Of a DNA stretch of 64,000 nucleotides, positions 23,653 through 40,678 are shown piece by piece. The translations under genes and the position numbers were made by a program. How positions within the stretch are numbered: position 1 is the stretch's first letter; each line of letters starts with the position of its first letter. The notes beneath the pieces were generated by a model. The model made no database searches, was not told the origin of the DNA, and was given only the letters and a program-made list of their open reading frames with translations. The stretch is from the human T2T-CHM13v2.0 reference genome, Homo sapiens, in the NCBI RefSeq assembly GCF_009914755.1, contig NC_060931.1. One strand, written 5' to 3'.

Positions 23653-24338
23653 TCAAAAAAAAAAAAAAAAAAAGAAATTGATCTTTTTGTGAAAGAGCTA
23701 TGATAAAAATTAGTCAATATGTCTTTTTACAGAAGAGCTTTTGCATGGTATCATTGACTAATTACAATAATAATAATAATAGCTATCTTTGTTTTACTGA
23801 GTGCTTACCTTGTATATTATTTTTTGTGCTCAACATGTGTTTGATCATTTAATCCTCACATAAAACCTTTCAGGTAGGCGCCATGATAACCCTGTGTAAT
23901 GGATGGAGGAACTGAGTTTGCCTACTACCCATGCTAATTCCAAACTTTTAAAATTATATTCACACATCATAGTAGCACTGGAAAATAAAATGACTGATCA
24001 TAAGTATTGTCATTTGATGCTTCTAAATCCTGACATTAAAGATAAATCCTGGTTTAGGAAACGTAAGGAACAAACTCAGCTAGTTTTATTTGTGTTGTTG
24101 TTTTTTTAATTTGTTGTTTTGTTTTGTGTTTTGTTTTGAGGCAGGGTCTCGCTCTGTCTCTCAGGCTGGAGTGCAGTGGGGCGATCTCGGCTCACTGCAA
24201 CTTCTGCCTCCTGGGTCCCTCCCATGTGGCTGGGATTACAGGCATGCGCCACCACGCCCAGCTAATTTTTGTATTTTTAGTAGAGACAGGGTTTCACCAT
24301 GTTAGCCAGGCTGGTCTCGAACTCCTGGCCTCAAGTGA

Positions 24339-24620
<282 letters not shown>

Positions 24621-25370
24621 TAAGTGAGTCAAGAGAAGGAATCTGGAGACTCTGACTTGCCCGAGGTGGGCATGTGGCTGCCCAGGAATGTCTGTCCCAT
24701 GACTTGGGCTGGGGGTTTGTTCCCGCAGCTGACCGCTGGGCCATGCTGCCTCTCACACTGACTTCATCATCTTCTGCTTCCTTGAGATGTGTCCATGTCC
24801 CTGTTCCTCGGTGATCATGGGCAGCCCGTCCCAGTTTTAGCTCACACAGCACCTAGCGTAGAGTTAATACTCTGCAAAAATTTGTCCAATAAAACTAAGT
24901 GGGGCCAGGCACGGTGGCTCACGCCTGTAATCCCAGCACTTTGGGAGGCTGAGGCGGGCCAGATCGCCTGAGGTCAGGAGTATGAGGCAAGCCTGGCCAA
25001 CATGGTGAAACCCCGTTGCTACTGAAAATACAAACATTAGTCGGGTGTGGTGGCGTGCGCCTCTAATACCAGCTACTCAGGAGGCTGAGGCGTGAGAATC
25101 ACTTAACCTGGGAGGTGGAGGTTGCAGTGACCTGAGATGGCACCACTGCACTCCAGCCTGGGCAGCAGAATGAGCCTCCATCTCAAAACATAAATAAATA
25201 GGCCGGGCATGGTGGCTCAGGCCTGTAATCCCAGCATTTTAGGAGGCTGAGGCAGGTGGATCATTTGAGGTCAGGAGTTTGAGACCAGCCTGGCCAACAT
25301 GGTGAAACTCCATCTCTACTAAAAATAAACATTAGCTGGGTGTAGTGGTACGTGCCTGTAATCCCAGCTA

Positions 25371-25593
<223 letters not shown>

Positions 25594-25903
25594 CTAAAAA
25601 TACAAAAAATTAGCTGGGCGTGGTGGCGGGCACCTGTAATCCCAGCTACTCAGGCGGCTGAGGCAGGAGAATGGCTTGAACCCAGGAGGCGGAGGTTGCA
25701 CTAAGCCGAGATCGCGCCACTGCACTCCAGCCTGGGTGACGCGGCGAGACTCTTGTCTCAAAAAAAACAAAAACAAAACAAACAAATAAATAAATATTCT
25801 TCTGTAAAAAAATAAATAAGTAAAAATTAAAAAAAAATAAAACTAAGTGGGCAAAAGAGGAAATGTGAGCTTGTCACATTTATCAATGTGTCTTTCTCTT
25901 CAG

Positions 25904-25932
25904 GCCGCTTCCAGGGCTTGAGCTCAGTAATG
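25904..25932 (+). CDS. GTF2IRD2B: Coding exon, 29 nt (RPLPGLELSN)
   Basis: cttcag acceptor, G|gtgagt donor; counterpart of 5437-5465. Confidence 0.92.
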
Positions 25933-27088
25933 GTGAGTATTCTACAGGTGAGAAGAACGTTCCGGCAATGTTGGGCCATGGGAAGTGTCTTGGTGGGCGC
26001 TCACCACGGGGTTTTTGCTTCCGTGAGCCTGGGACCCAAGTATGCAGCCTTCGATGCATGCTTTATTTTTCCTGCATGTGATAAAGTTAGATAACTCTGT
26101 TACTTGAGTTTGATTAACCAGTCTGAAGGAGAGTGATCTATATCACACCATGAGTGTGACGTGTGATGTGGCGCACTCTTTTTTTTTTTTTTGGAGACGG
26201 AGTCTCGCTCTGTCACCCAGGCTAGAGTGCAATGGCACAATCTCGGCTCACCACACAACCTCCGCCTCCCGGGTTCAAGTGATTCTCCTGCCTCAGCCTC
26301 CCGAGTAGCTGGGACTATAGGCGTGTGCCACCACGCCTGGCTAATTTTTGTATTTTTAGTAGAGATGGGGTTTTGCCATGTTGGCCAGGCTGGTCTTGAA
26401 CTTCTGACCTCAAGGGATCTGCCCGCCTCCACCTTCCAAAGTGCTGGGATTACGGGCATGAGCCACCACGCATGGCTGATGTGGCACACTATTCAAGTGT
26501 GCTTTGTGGTGGGGGCTCCCCTGAGGCCACCCGCACAGCTGCACTCAGGATCACAGTACCGATCTCCTCTGTGTTAGTTGGTAAATAGTGCCTGCCTGGC
26601 CATGCAGTCCCACCCTAGTACCCTCCGACCGTGGCTTGACCTCCCTACAGTGCTGAAGCAAAAGGGGTTCCACCTGGCACAGCAGAGGCCCCTAGAACCC
26701 TTCCAGTGCTGAGACTAGCATCTGTTCTTTTTTTTTTCTTTTTTTTTTTTTTTGAGACAGAGTCTCGCTCTCTCACCCAGGCTGGAGTGCAGTGGCAAGA
26801 TCTCGGCTCACTGCAACCTCCGCCTCCCGGGTTCAAGCGATTCTCTGCCTCAGCCTTCCGATTAGCTGGGATTACAGGTGCGTGCCGCCACATCCAGCTA
26901 CTTTTTGTATTTTTTAGTAGAGACAGGGTTTAGCCATGTTGGCCAGGCTGGTCTCAAACTCGTGACCTCAAGTGATCCACCCGCCTTGGTCTCCCAAACT
27001 GCTGGGATTACAGATGTAAGCCACTGCACCTGGCTCAGCATCTGTTCTGATTGAGCAATGCCCAGGCACTCTGCTTCTGAAATATTCT

Positions 27089-27275
27089 CTTTTTTTTCCC
27101 CTTCAACTTTTATTTTAAGTTCCAGGGTCCATGTGCAGGATGTGCAGGTTTGTTACACAGGTAAACGTGTGCCATGGTGGTTTGCTGCACCTATCAACCC
27201 ATCACCTAGGTATTAAGCCCAGCATGCATTAGCTATTCTTCCTGATGCTCTCCCTCCCCCCGCCCCCACCCTGTT
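27089..27275 (-). mobile_element. 5'-truncated L1PA 3' end
   Basis: catgtgcaggatgtgcaggtttgttac...gccatggtggtttgctgcacc; flanked by aaatattct on both sides (TSD). Confidence 0.85.
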
Positions 27276-27469
27276 AAATATTCTTAATGTCTTCCCCGGA
27301 GCCCTTGCAAGTGAGTCAGTATCCTGTCAAGTAGAATACGGAGAGGTGTTCTCACGAGCATGAGTCACCAGGGAACCTCCTAATGTAACATTTGAAAACC
27401 AAAGTAGGCTGGGCGCGGTGACTCACACCTGTAATCCCAGCACTTTGGGAGGCCGAGGCGGGCGGATCA

Positions 27470-27721
<252 letters not shown>

Positions 27722-27830
27722 CTATTAAAATGCTCCATTTTTATTCCCAAACGCATCTGATTGCTAAATGATTTTTTGATCTTTCATAATATCTTTATTT
27801 ATTTATTGTATTATTATTGGGGTTTTTTAG

Positions 27831-28121
<291 letters not shown>

Positions 28122-29087
28122 TAAGGTGCACTTTTATGTGTGTGTACTCTGGAAATACCTTGATTACCTGCAGGGTGGCCAGGTTCTTTAAATCTAAAAC
28201 ACTAGCCCCTGTACACTCGAACACACTTATACGAATGAGTTTTGTGTGGTTCTGTGGCCGTCACCCTTGTCATTTGAGACTCACAGTAGGTAAAAATCAT
28301 ATGCCTTTCTGTGCTCATTCCCATCTCTGTTATTACAAAGTTTTCTTGGGAATCAAATGAGAAAATATATTAAAATGCTCACACCTATAATCCCAGGACT
28401 TTTGGAGGCCAAGGCAAGAGGATTGCTTGAGGCCAGGAGTTTGAGACCAGCCTGGGCAACATAGCAAGACCCCATCTCTACAAAAAATTTAAAAATTAGC
28501 TGGAAACAGTGGCTCACACCTGTAGCCCCAGCTACTTGGCAGGCTAAAGCAGGAGGATCACTTAAACTCAGGAGTTTGAGACAGCAGAGAACCATAATTG
28601 CAATACTACACTCCAGCCTGGGTGACAGAACAAGACCCTGTCTCTAAAAAGAAAATGCAAACATATTATCAAATAATTCCTGTTTAAACTGGACATAACA
28701 AGCACAGCTACATGCTGAACCTCATCAAAGGTGTCTTTTGTTTGGCTCATGTACTTTTGAAAATAAGGATGAGGCCTGGCACGGTGGCTCCTGTAATCCC
28801 AGCACTTTGGGAGGCCAAGGCGGGTGGATCGCTTGAGCCTGGGGTTTCAGACCAGCCTGGGCAACAAGGTAAGACTCCAGCTCTACAAAAAAAAGAAAAA
28901 GAAAAAGAAAAAAAGAAAAGAAAGAAAGAAAGAAAAGATAGCTCGGTGTGGTGCATGCCTGTAGTCCCAGCAACTGGGAGCTGAAGTGGGAGGATCACCT
29001 GAGCCCAGGGAGTTCCAGGCTGCAATGAGCCATTATCACCACAAACCAGGCACTCTTTCATAAAGGTCAATCTTCAGGTTTTCTTTA

Positions 29088-29405
<318 letters not shown>

Positions 29406-29646
29406 TTCAGTCTTCAGGTTTTCTTTAGAAAACTTGAAGATCTGGCCACAGCTGGCGTCCTGGCAGCGGTTTGCTGGAGTTGAGGGTCAGCCGTCCCTCT
29501 GCAGGGTGGGTCACCCTCCTGTTAACCACGCCCTGCCCCGCCCCGCTTCCTCCCTCTCGTGCGTCATCAAGCATTTGCTGTTGTTTTCCTCATAGTAGTG
29601 ATAAGAGAAAAGTGAAATATCTTTGTCTCCCTGTCTCTGTCAAAAG

Positions 29647-31250
29647 TGGGAAAACGCAAGATAGACCAGGAGGGCCGTGTGTTTCAAGAAAAGTGGGAGA
29701 GAGCGTATTTCTTCGTGGAAGTACAGAATATTCCAACATGTCTCATATGCAAACAAAGCATGTCTGTGTCCAAAGAATATAACCTAAGACGCCACTATCA
29801 AACCAATCACAGCAAGCATTATGACCAGTATACGGAAAGAATGCGTGACGAGAAGCTTCACGAGCTGAAAAAAGGGCTCAGGAAGTATCTCTTAGGCTCG
29901 TCAGACACCGAGTGTCCCGAGCAAAAACAAGTGTTTGCAAACCCAAGTCCAACCCAGAAATCCCCCGTGCAGCCTGTAGAGGACCTAGCTGGGAACTTAT
30001 GGGAGAAGTTACGTGAAAAAATCAGGTCTTTTGTGGCATATTCTATCGCAATCGATGAGATCACGGATATAAATAATACCACCCAGTTGGCCATATTCAT
30101 CCGTGGTGTCGATGAGAATTTCGATGTGTCCGAAGAACTTCTGGACACGGTGCCCATGACGGGTACAAAATCTGGCAACGAGATCTTTTTGCGTGTTGAG
30201 AAGAGCCTGAAAAAGTTCTGTATCAACTGGTCGAGATTAGTAAGCGTGGCCTCCACTGGCACCCCAGCGATGGTGGATGCCAATAACGGGCTTGTCACAA
30301 AACTGAAGTCCAGGGTGGCGACGTTCTGCAAGGGTGCGGAACTGAAGTCCATCTGTTGTATAATTCATCCGGAATCACTCTGTGCTCAGAAGTTGAAGAT
30401 GGACCACGTCATGGACGTGGTAGTGAAGTCCGTGAACTGGATATGCTCCCGGGGACTGAACCACAGCGAGTTCACAACCTTGCTCTATGAGCTGGACAGC
30501 CAGTATGGTAGCCTCCTGTACTACACGGAGATTAAGTGGCTCAGTCGCGGGCTCGTGCTAAAGAGATTTTTCGAATCCTTGGAAGAAATCGACTCCTTCA
30601 TGTCATCCAGAGGGAAACCCCTGCCTCAACTGAGCTCCATAGATTGGATCCGAGACCTGGCCTTCTTGGTTGACATGACGATGCATCTGAACGCTTTGAA
30701 CATCTCTCTCCAAGGACACTCCCAAATCGTCACGCAGATGTATGACCTGATCCGGGCGTTCCTAGCAAAACTGTGCCTCTGGGAGACTCATTTGACGAGG
30801 AATAATCTGGCCCACTTTCCCACCCTGAAATTGGTTTCCAGAAATGAAAGCGATGGCCTGAACTACATTCCCAAAATCGCGGAACTCAAGACCGAATTCC
30901 AGAAAAGGCTGTCTGATTTCAAACTCTACGAAAGCGAACTGACTCTGTTCAGCTCCCCGTTCTCCACGAAGATCGACAGTGTGCACGAGGAGCTCCAGAT
31001 GGAGGTTATCGACCTGCAATGCAACACGGTCCTGAAGACGAAATACGACAAGGTGGGAATACCAGAATTCTACAAGTACCTCTGGGGTAGCTACCCGAAA
31101 TACAAGCACCATTGCGCAAAGATTCTTTCCATGTTCGGGAGCACCTACATCTGCGAACAGCTGTTCTCCATTATGAAACTGAGCAAAACAAAATACTGCT
31201 CCCAGTTAAAGGATTCCCAGTGGGATTCTGTACTCCACATCGCAACGTGA
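29647..31250 (+). CDS. GTF2IRD2B: Terminal coding exon: domesticated hAT (Charlie8/Buster-type) transposase, ~534 aa
   Basis: Only long ORF in the window. Motifs: CxxC..H..H zinc finger, IAIDE, CIIH, KWLSRG, FGSTYICEQLFS. Acceptor ctgtcaaaag|TG joins in phase 1 (G|TG = Val). Confidence 0.97.
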
Positions 31251-31325
31251 TGGAGAGAAAACTCCTGGCAGGGCCCTATGGTGGGAAAGGCTGGAGTCTT
31301 CTAGTCCCAAGGGATTGGGAGATGA

Positions 31326-31637
<312 letters not shown>

Positions 31638-31743
31638 TGAGTTCTTAAACTTTTTTTTTTTTTCAGTTTTTTTTCCACTTTGAATCAGAAATATAATCTG
31701 CAGTATCATACTTGTTTATATTACATTGTATGCCTCACTATTC

Positions 31744-31749
31744 ATTAAA
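31744..31749 (+). terminator. Probable polyadenylation signal (ATTAAA) of GTF2IRD2B
   Basis: ATTAAA followed by a T/GT-rich downstream element (ttttattgtattattggtagttg). Confidence 0.7.
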
Positions 31750-31870
31750 AATCAAGAAAGTTTTATTGTATTATTGGTAGTTGACTTTTCTTATGCCTGG
31801 CTTGTTTCATTCATTCACATTACCTGCCTGCCACCCTGATAGGCACTGTAGTTGGCATCTTGAAGTTTAA

Positions 31871-32251
<381 letters not shown>

Positions 32252-32389
32252 TGAACACACATTTATCCCCCGTTCCCGTCCGCGTGGTATCCCACATGGT
32301 CTAATATGTTTCCAAGTTTCAGGAGAAATAGTTGAAAACATACTGACATACAATAATCCTATGTTATCTGTCTCTGCCTTCACCTGGAA

Positions 32390-32461
32390 CCAGAAAGGTC
32401 AGGTTTAAAATGGAAAAACCCAGAGCCAGAAAGGTCAGGTTTAAAATGGAAAACCCCAGAG
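32390..32461. repeat. 36-bp tandem duplication (1 mismatch)
   Basis: ccagaaaggtcaggtttaaaatggaaaa(a/c)cccagag x2. Confidence 0.95.
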
Positions 32462-32513
32462 CAAATAACGTAGACTTTGTCTATAAAAGTTAGACAAAGT
32501 AAGTTAAGGTTTA

Positions 32514-32942
<429 letters not shown>

Positions 32943-33288
32943 TCATTATTGGATCACTTTGTCTCCCTACCCCCTTCCCTCCTTCTTCCTCTCACTCATA
33001 TGTGTGTATGTGTATCTATAATCAGTACCTATGGTAAGTGTGTATAAGCAAATGTCTATGAGTATCTATGATATGTGTATAAATGGATGTGCATTTTTTT
33101 CCTGGACCGTTCAAGGGAAAGTTACGTATATCATTTACCCCTAAATACTTCAGTGAGTATTTTCAGAGAACAGGGATATTCTCTTACACAATAACATTTC
33201 CTTTACCAACTTCAGTAAACTGAACGTTGTTGCAATTATTTTATCCAGTTTACTGTTCATACTCTAGTTTTCTCTGTTGACCCAATAA

Positions 33289-33579
<291 letters not shown>

Positions 33580-34113
33580 TGATATCTTTCCCTTTATAGC
33601 ATTTTTCTCCTGGCAGGTTGTCATTTGAAGGTGTGTGTGTGTGTAATCTCTATTAGTCACTGGAATTAGTGACACAAAATTGTGAATACTTTCCAGATTG
33701 GGGGAATTCACGCGACCAGCGTGGAGGAAGGCTGTGGATCTCCACCTAATGACCCACTCAGGAAGCAATGGAGAAAAGGACTTTGATAAAAATGACAGGG
33801 GGTGCAGGAGGGAGAGAGCAACCCCCAGGCCAGGAGCCCAGTTGGAGCCCAGGTGCCTATCCTTAGACACAGGGAAATGACCCCACTCCAGGCAGTTCCT
33901 GTCGTTGACTTCAGGTACAGCTGGCTCTGGCAAGCTCAGCGCTCTTTTGGAGAAGGAATCCCAGATAGGCTGGTTTATAATGGGAGTTGGAGGGGAGTCC
34001 AGGTCTTGGTGGAAGTGAGCACTCGTTCACACCACATATCAGAGGTGTGGCCGAGCAGCAGGACCAGAGCAGCCCCCTTTCATAGACAGGAAGCTGAAGC
34101 TCAGAGTGGCTAA

Positions 34114-34407
<294 letters not shown>

Positions 34408-34807
34408 TGATCTTGAACCCCTGACCTCAAGTGATCCACCCGCCTTGGCCTCCCAAAGTGCTGGGATCACAGGTGTGAGCCACGACACCTGGCCCATGTG
34501 CTTCATTCCTAAGCAGCCACTGTGCCTGACATGGAGACCCAGCAGGTATCTGTCATGCAGCCTCTGCCCTCATCATCTGTCATGTGTGTGGCTCCCTGGT
34601 GGTCCACCAATCAGATGATAGGGAGGGGACAGTAGGGCTCAGCCTAAGCTGCCTCCTGTTGGCCGGACCATTCATGAAGCTGTTCTGCTTTGAATCAATT
34701 CCCAAGGCCCCAGGAATGTGTGTTGGGACCAGGATGGCTTGAGATATGATGGCCACTGACATGCACTGTCACTCATAGGACTGAGTTGAGACTGTGGGAA
34801 TGACTGA

Positions 34808-35479
<672 letters not shown>

Positions 35480-35606
35480 TAAAGTACTGGATCTGGAAGG
35501 CCTTAGAATCAAAAAGAAAAGCCTGGGCCAGCCGCAGTGGCTCATGCCTGTAATCCCACCACTTTGGAAGGCCAAGGCAGGCGGATTACCTGAGGTCAGG
35601 AGTTCA

Positions 35607-35872
<266 letters not shown>

Positions 35873-36220
35873 TCATAAGCAAACCACTTAATTAATTTTA
35901 TGAGCTTTGGTTTCCTCATCCATAAAACACCTACCAGACAGTGTTGGTCTCAGAACTGGAGATGATGGAATGAGCCCAGCACTATGACTGGCCTCAAGAA
36001 AATTGTTGGCTAAACAGAGGTGCAGCCCTTAGAGCAGGCAACTTTAGTTTTTTTCTCCCTTCCCTGTGGGCGTGGCTTCCCAATCACCCACCCACCGAGA
36101 GGCCTCCTCCCCAGCACGCTGCAAGGGCCACTTTAAGGGGATCAGAAATATACAAAAACCACGGGGAAACATTTGGTCAGGACCTCAGCTTGGAAAAAAA
36201 TGAAACAATCATGAAAATAA

Positions 36221-36391
<171 letters not shown>

Positions 36392-36582
36392 TGAGTACCT
36401 GGGATTACAGACGTGTACCACCACACCCGGCTAATTTTGTTGTTGTTGTTGTATTTTTAGCAGAGACAAGCTTTCACCATGTTGGCCAAGCTGGTCTCGA
36501 ACTCCTGGCCTCAAGTCATCCGCCTGCCTCGGCCTCCCAAAGTGCTGGGATTACAGGCGTGAAACATTGTGGCTGGCCTTAA

Positions 36583-36786
<204 letters not shown>

Positions 36787-37017
36787 TGAACTCCCTGCCC
36801 CAAGCAATCCTTCCACCTTGGCCTCCCAGAGCACTCGGATTAGAGGCGTGGTATTTTATACTGTATTTAATAACTTGTTGTTAATAACAGTTGTTATAAC
36901 TGCAACTGAACAAGCAGAAGGGGTGAGGTTGGTGATTCAATTTCCCACAGCTTTGTATGATAGCCTTTGGTGCTGGGCTTTTCCAGCAAACCAGGTTCGG
37001 CAAAAATGCAGAACTAG

Positions 37018-37281
<264 letters not shown>

Positions 37282-37760
37282 TGATTCACCCGCGTCAGCC
37301 TCCCAAAGTGCTGGGATTACAGGCCTAAGCCACTGTGCCCAGCCGTCCAGTGGTTTTCTGAAAGCTTCTGCCAGTCCTTCGATGGTCAGCCTATTCTCTT
37401 GACAACCATCTGCTCCCCTTATGATTTTCTCTGATATCTCCCCTTATGATTGTCTCTTATCTCTAAGGGACCCACCTCCCCCGTCCTCACATAGCCACTT
37501 CCGCAAATGTGGGACAGCTCTCCCTGCCACTCGTGGCCTTCGTGACAAGTTACATCTTTTGCAAGACTGGCAGCTTCACTTTGCACCTTCGTGTCTGCAT
37601 TTTGGGGAAAGACCTGCCCTCAAAGCAAAGGCTTTCAGGCTACAGGCTGGCTTCAATGCTAGGGTGAGCGGTGAATAGTGTGTATAGTGAATACTTGCTT
37701 TCTGGTACAACCTCATAACCGGGGCACGGTCTCAGTGAATAACAGAGGACACCCTGCACC

Positions 37761-38239
<479 letters not shown>

Positions 38240-38607
38240 TAAGTTATAATATATTTTTTATCCCAGCTATGAGGTCACTCCTACACCCTGGACGGCAGCC
38301 TGTCTCCTGTCATGAGACAGGGCTGCCCTGCTGCACTGTGTGCACCCATCTTCAGCACTCTTCCGCCAGAGTCCAAGCAGGTGGTTTCTGACCAAACGGT
38401 CAGCAGGAATCCGGAAGTTCCTCTTGAACTTGGCCTTGTGCAAACCTGTTCTTGGCCAAGACCAGGGCAACATGCAACCAGACCTCGGCTCTTGCAACTT
38501 CCCCCCAGCAGAACTCACAACCTCCTGTCCTCAACTTAGAAATAACCCTGGGGCGGAGCCCGGCCCTCCCTGCATTCCTGCAGAGCCTCGGTCCACTCCA
38601 AGCAACA

Positions 38608-38613
38608 TTTATT
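38608..38613 (-). terminator. Polyadenylation signal AATAAA of the NCF1 copy
   Basis: tttatt on + strand, ~135 nt past the stop codon. Confidence 0.85.
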
Positions 38614-38746
38614 GAGGGTGGCGGGAGCCGCGCTGGACAGGGGTCGGGGCTGCCCTCGGCGTCCAGACGCCAGGCTCTATAGAACACGTATGTACAGGCA
38701 CGGGGCGGCAAGGGCCGAGACGCTAGCTGGGGACTGCGCTCCAGCC

Positions 38747-38868
38747 TCAGACGGCAGACGCCAGCTTCCGCTTGGTGCTCTCGCTGCAGCGGTTCAGGAT
38801 GAGGTCGGCGCTCGGCCGCGGGGGCACCGCCGGCTGCGGTTTAGAGCGCTGCGTCTGCCGCTCCTCCT
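38747..38868 (-). pseudogene. NCF1C: Exon 11 coding part ([40 protein letters not shown])
   Basis: cgcag acceptor, TGA at 38749-38747, p67phox-binding PxxP region. Confidence 0.95.
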
Positions 38869-39202
38869 CTGCGGGCAGAGAGCGGGGCCGAGTCAGACGC
38901 CCCGCCCCGCCCACTGGCCCCGCCCACAGCGCTCTCTGGCCTCGCCCCGCCGCGTTCTCCAACTCCTGCTCCGCGCTCTGGCCTCGCCTCCCGCTTGTGC
39001 CTCTCCCTCTGACTCCGCCTCTTAGGGATCGCTCCGCCCCCTAGCGCTGGCTCCTCCTCTGCCCCCGCCTCCAGTCCCCGCCTCTCCCTCTGATTCCGCC
39101 CTCTGGTCCCGCCCCGCTACTCTGGCCCTGCCTCTGGCCCCGCCTCTCCCGCTGACTCCGCCCCTAGGGCTTGCCCTTCCTGCCCTCTCCCGCTGCACTC
39201 AC

Positions 39203-39348
39203 CGAGCGGGCTCCCGGGGCTCTGCGGTCCCGGCCGCGCCTGGCGGCGTCGCTGCTGCAGAAAACGGACGCTGTTGCGGCGATAGGCGTCCTGGCTGAGG
39301 CGCTTCCGCGACCGCTGATGGATGCTGTGCGCGTTGCGGATGGACGAC
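39203..39348 (-). pseudogene. NCF1C: Exon 10, 146 nt ([48 protein letters not shown]), autoinhibitory region
   Basis: gccag acceptor, G|gtgagt donor. Confidence 0.95.
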
Positions 39349-39818
39349 CTGGCCCAGCGGGACGGGGCGTCGTCAAAGCCCGAGGGCGCCCCTGCCCCCA
39401 GGGACTCAGATGGGCACCCCTGGTCCGAGGAAGTGGGGGGCAGTAGGGGGCCGGTAGTCTGCACGACCCCGGCGGGACAAGAGGCGGCTGCCCCCGTCAC
39501 GACAAGGACCCTTGCCCTGCAGCAGAGCCTGGGCGGTTTTCCACGCCCCTCACCAGCCTTCGGTCTGTCGTCCCCCTCTCCGGGGAGCCCCCCTGGACTG
39601 CCCATCCCCAAAGCCCCCGGGCATCGCCGCTTTCCTTCCGCCCCCGTGCCAGCCCCACACCGCGGCCAGGCGCGTCCAGCCCCTTTCCCCCGTAAGGGTC
39701 CTGCCTCTCCTGCCAGGCTGAGAGCCCCCGCCCCGGCACTGCCAAGCTATGGCCTAGACAGAGCGAACCCGTGGTGCGCCCCGCTCGACCCCGCCCAGCC
39801 CCGGGGACCCCCGCTTAC

Positions 39819-39923
39819 CTGCGGGGCGGCGCCCCCCGCTTGATCTGGCGTTGGGCCTGGGACACGTCTTGCCCCGACTTTTGCAGGTACATGGACGGAA
39901 AGTAGCCTGTGACGTCGTCTTTC
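39819..39923 (-). pseudogene. NCF1C: Exon 9, 105 nt ([35 protein letters not shown])
   Basis: tgcag acceptor, AG|gtaagc donor. Confidence 0.95.
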
Positions 39924-40378
39924 CTGCAACAGAGGCAGCCCTTGAGGCTGGGGCAGTCACCTGGGGGCGCCCAGAGGAGAGGGTTTCAGGGCTCTCTCTG
40001 AACAATTGGGGTTAGCACAGGCTGAGAGGTTGCAAACAACCGGACACCTGCCTCTGTGGGCCTCAGTTTCCTGGTCTGTGCAACTGAGACCCTTCCAGCA
40101 ATCCTTCCACAGTCTAGGCAGGGGTGGAGGTTAGCAGATCCAGGTCACCGCAGGGGACAGGTATTTGCTATAAGACATTGGCAAGAATGGGCAGGGCACG
40201 GTCGCTCACGCCTGTAATCCCAGTACTTTGAGGGATCTAGGTGGGAGGATCGCTTGAGGCCAGGAGTTGGAGATCAGCCTGGGTAACATAGCAAGACCCC
40301 TATCTCTACCTCCCGAAAAAATTAAAGAAAAAAGAAGACACTGGCAGATTATATTTGCCAATTTTTCTTTTATGTTAA

Positions 40379-40678
<300 letters not shown>

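Larger units (their letters stand above)
38620..39930. promoter_or_regulatory. CpG island over NCF1C exons 9-11
   Basis: Very high GC and CpG density with many CCCCGCC GC boxes, unlike the CpG-depleted flanks. Confidence 0.85.

Noticed and set aside
29858-31112. Antisense ORFs of 164 aa and 116 aa overlapping the transposase exon
   Set aside because: Expected shadow ORFs of a GC3-rich coding strand; no recognisable motifs
29646-31250. Autonomous active hAT transposon or stand-alone transposase gene
   Set aside because: The ORF track start is a GTG overlapping the splice acceptor; the ORF is the spliced last exon, lacks the second catalytic Asp, and I could not identify flanking TIRs or an 8-bp TSD
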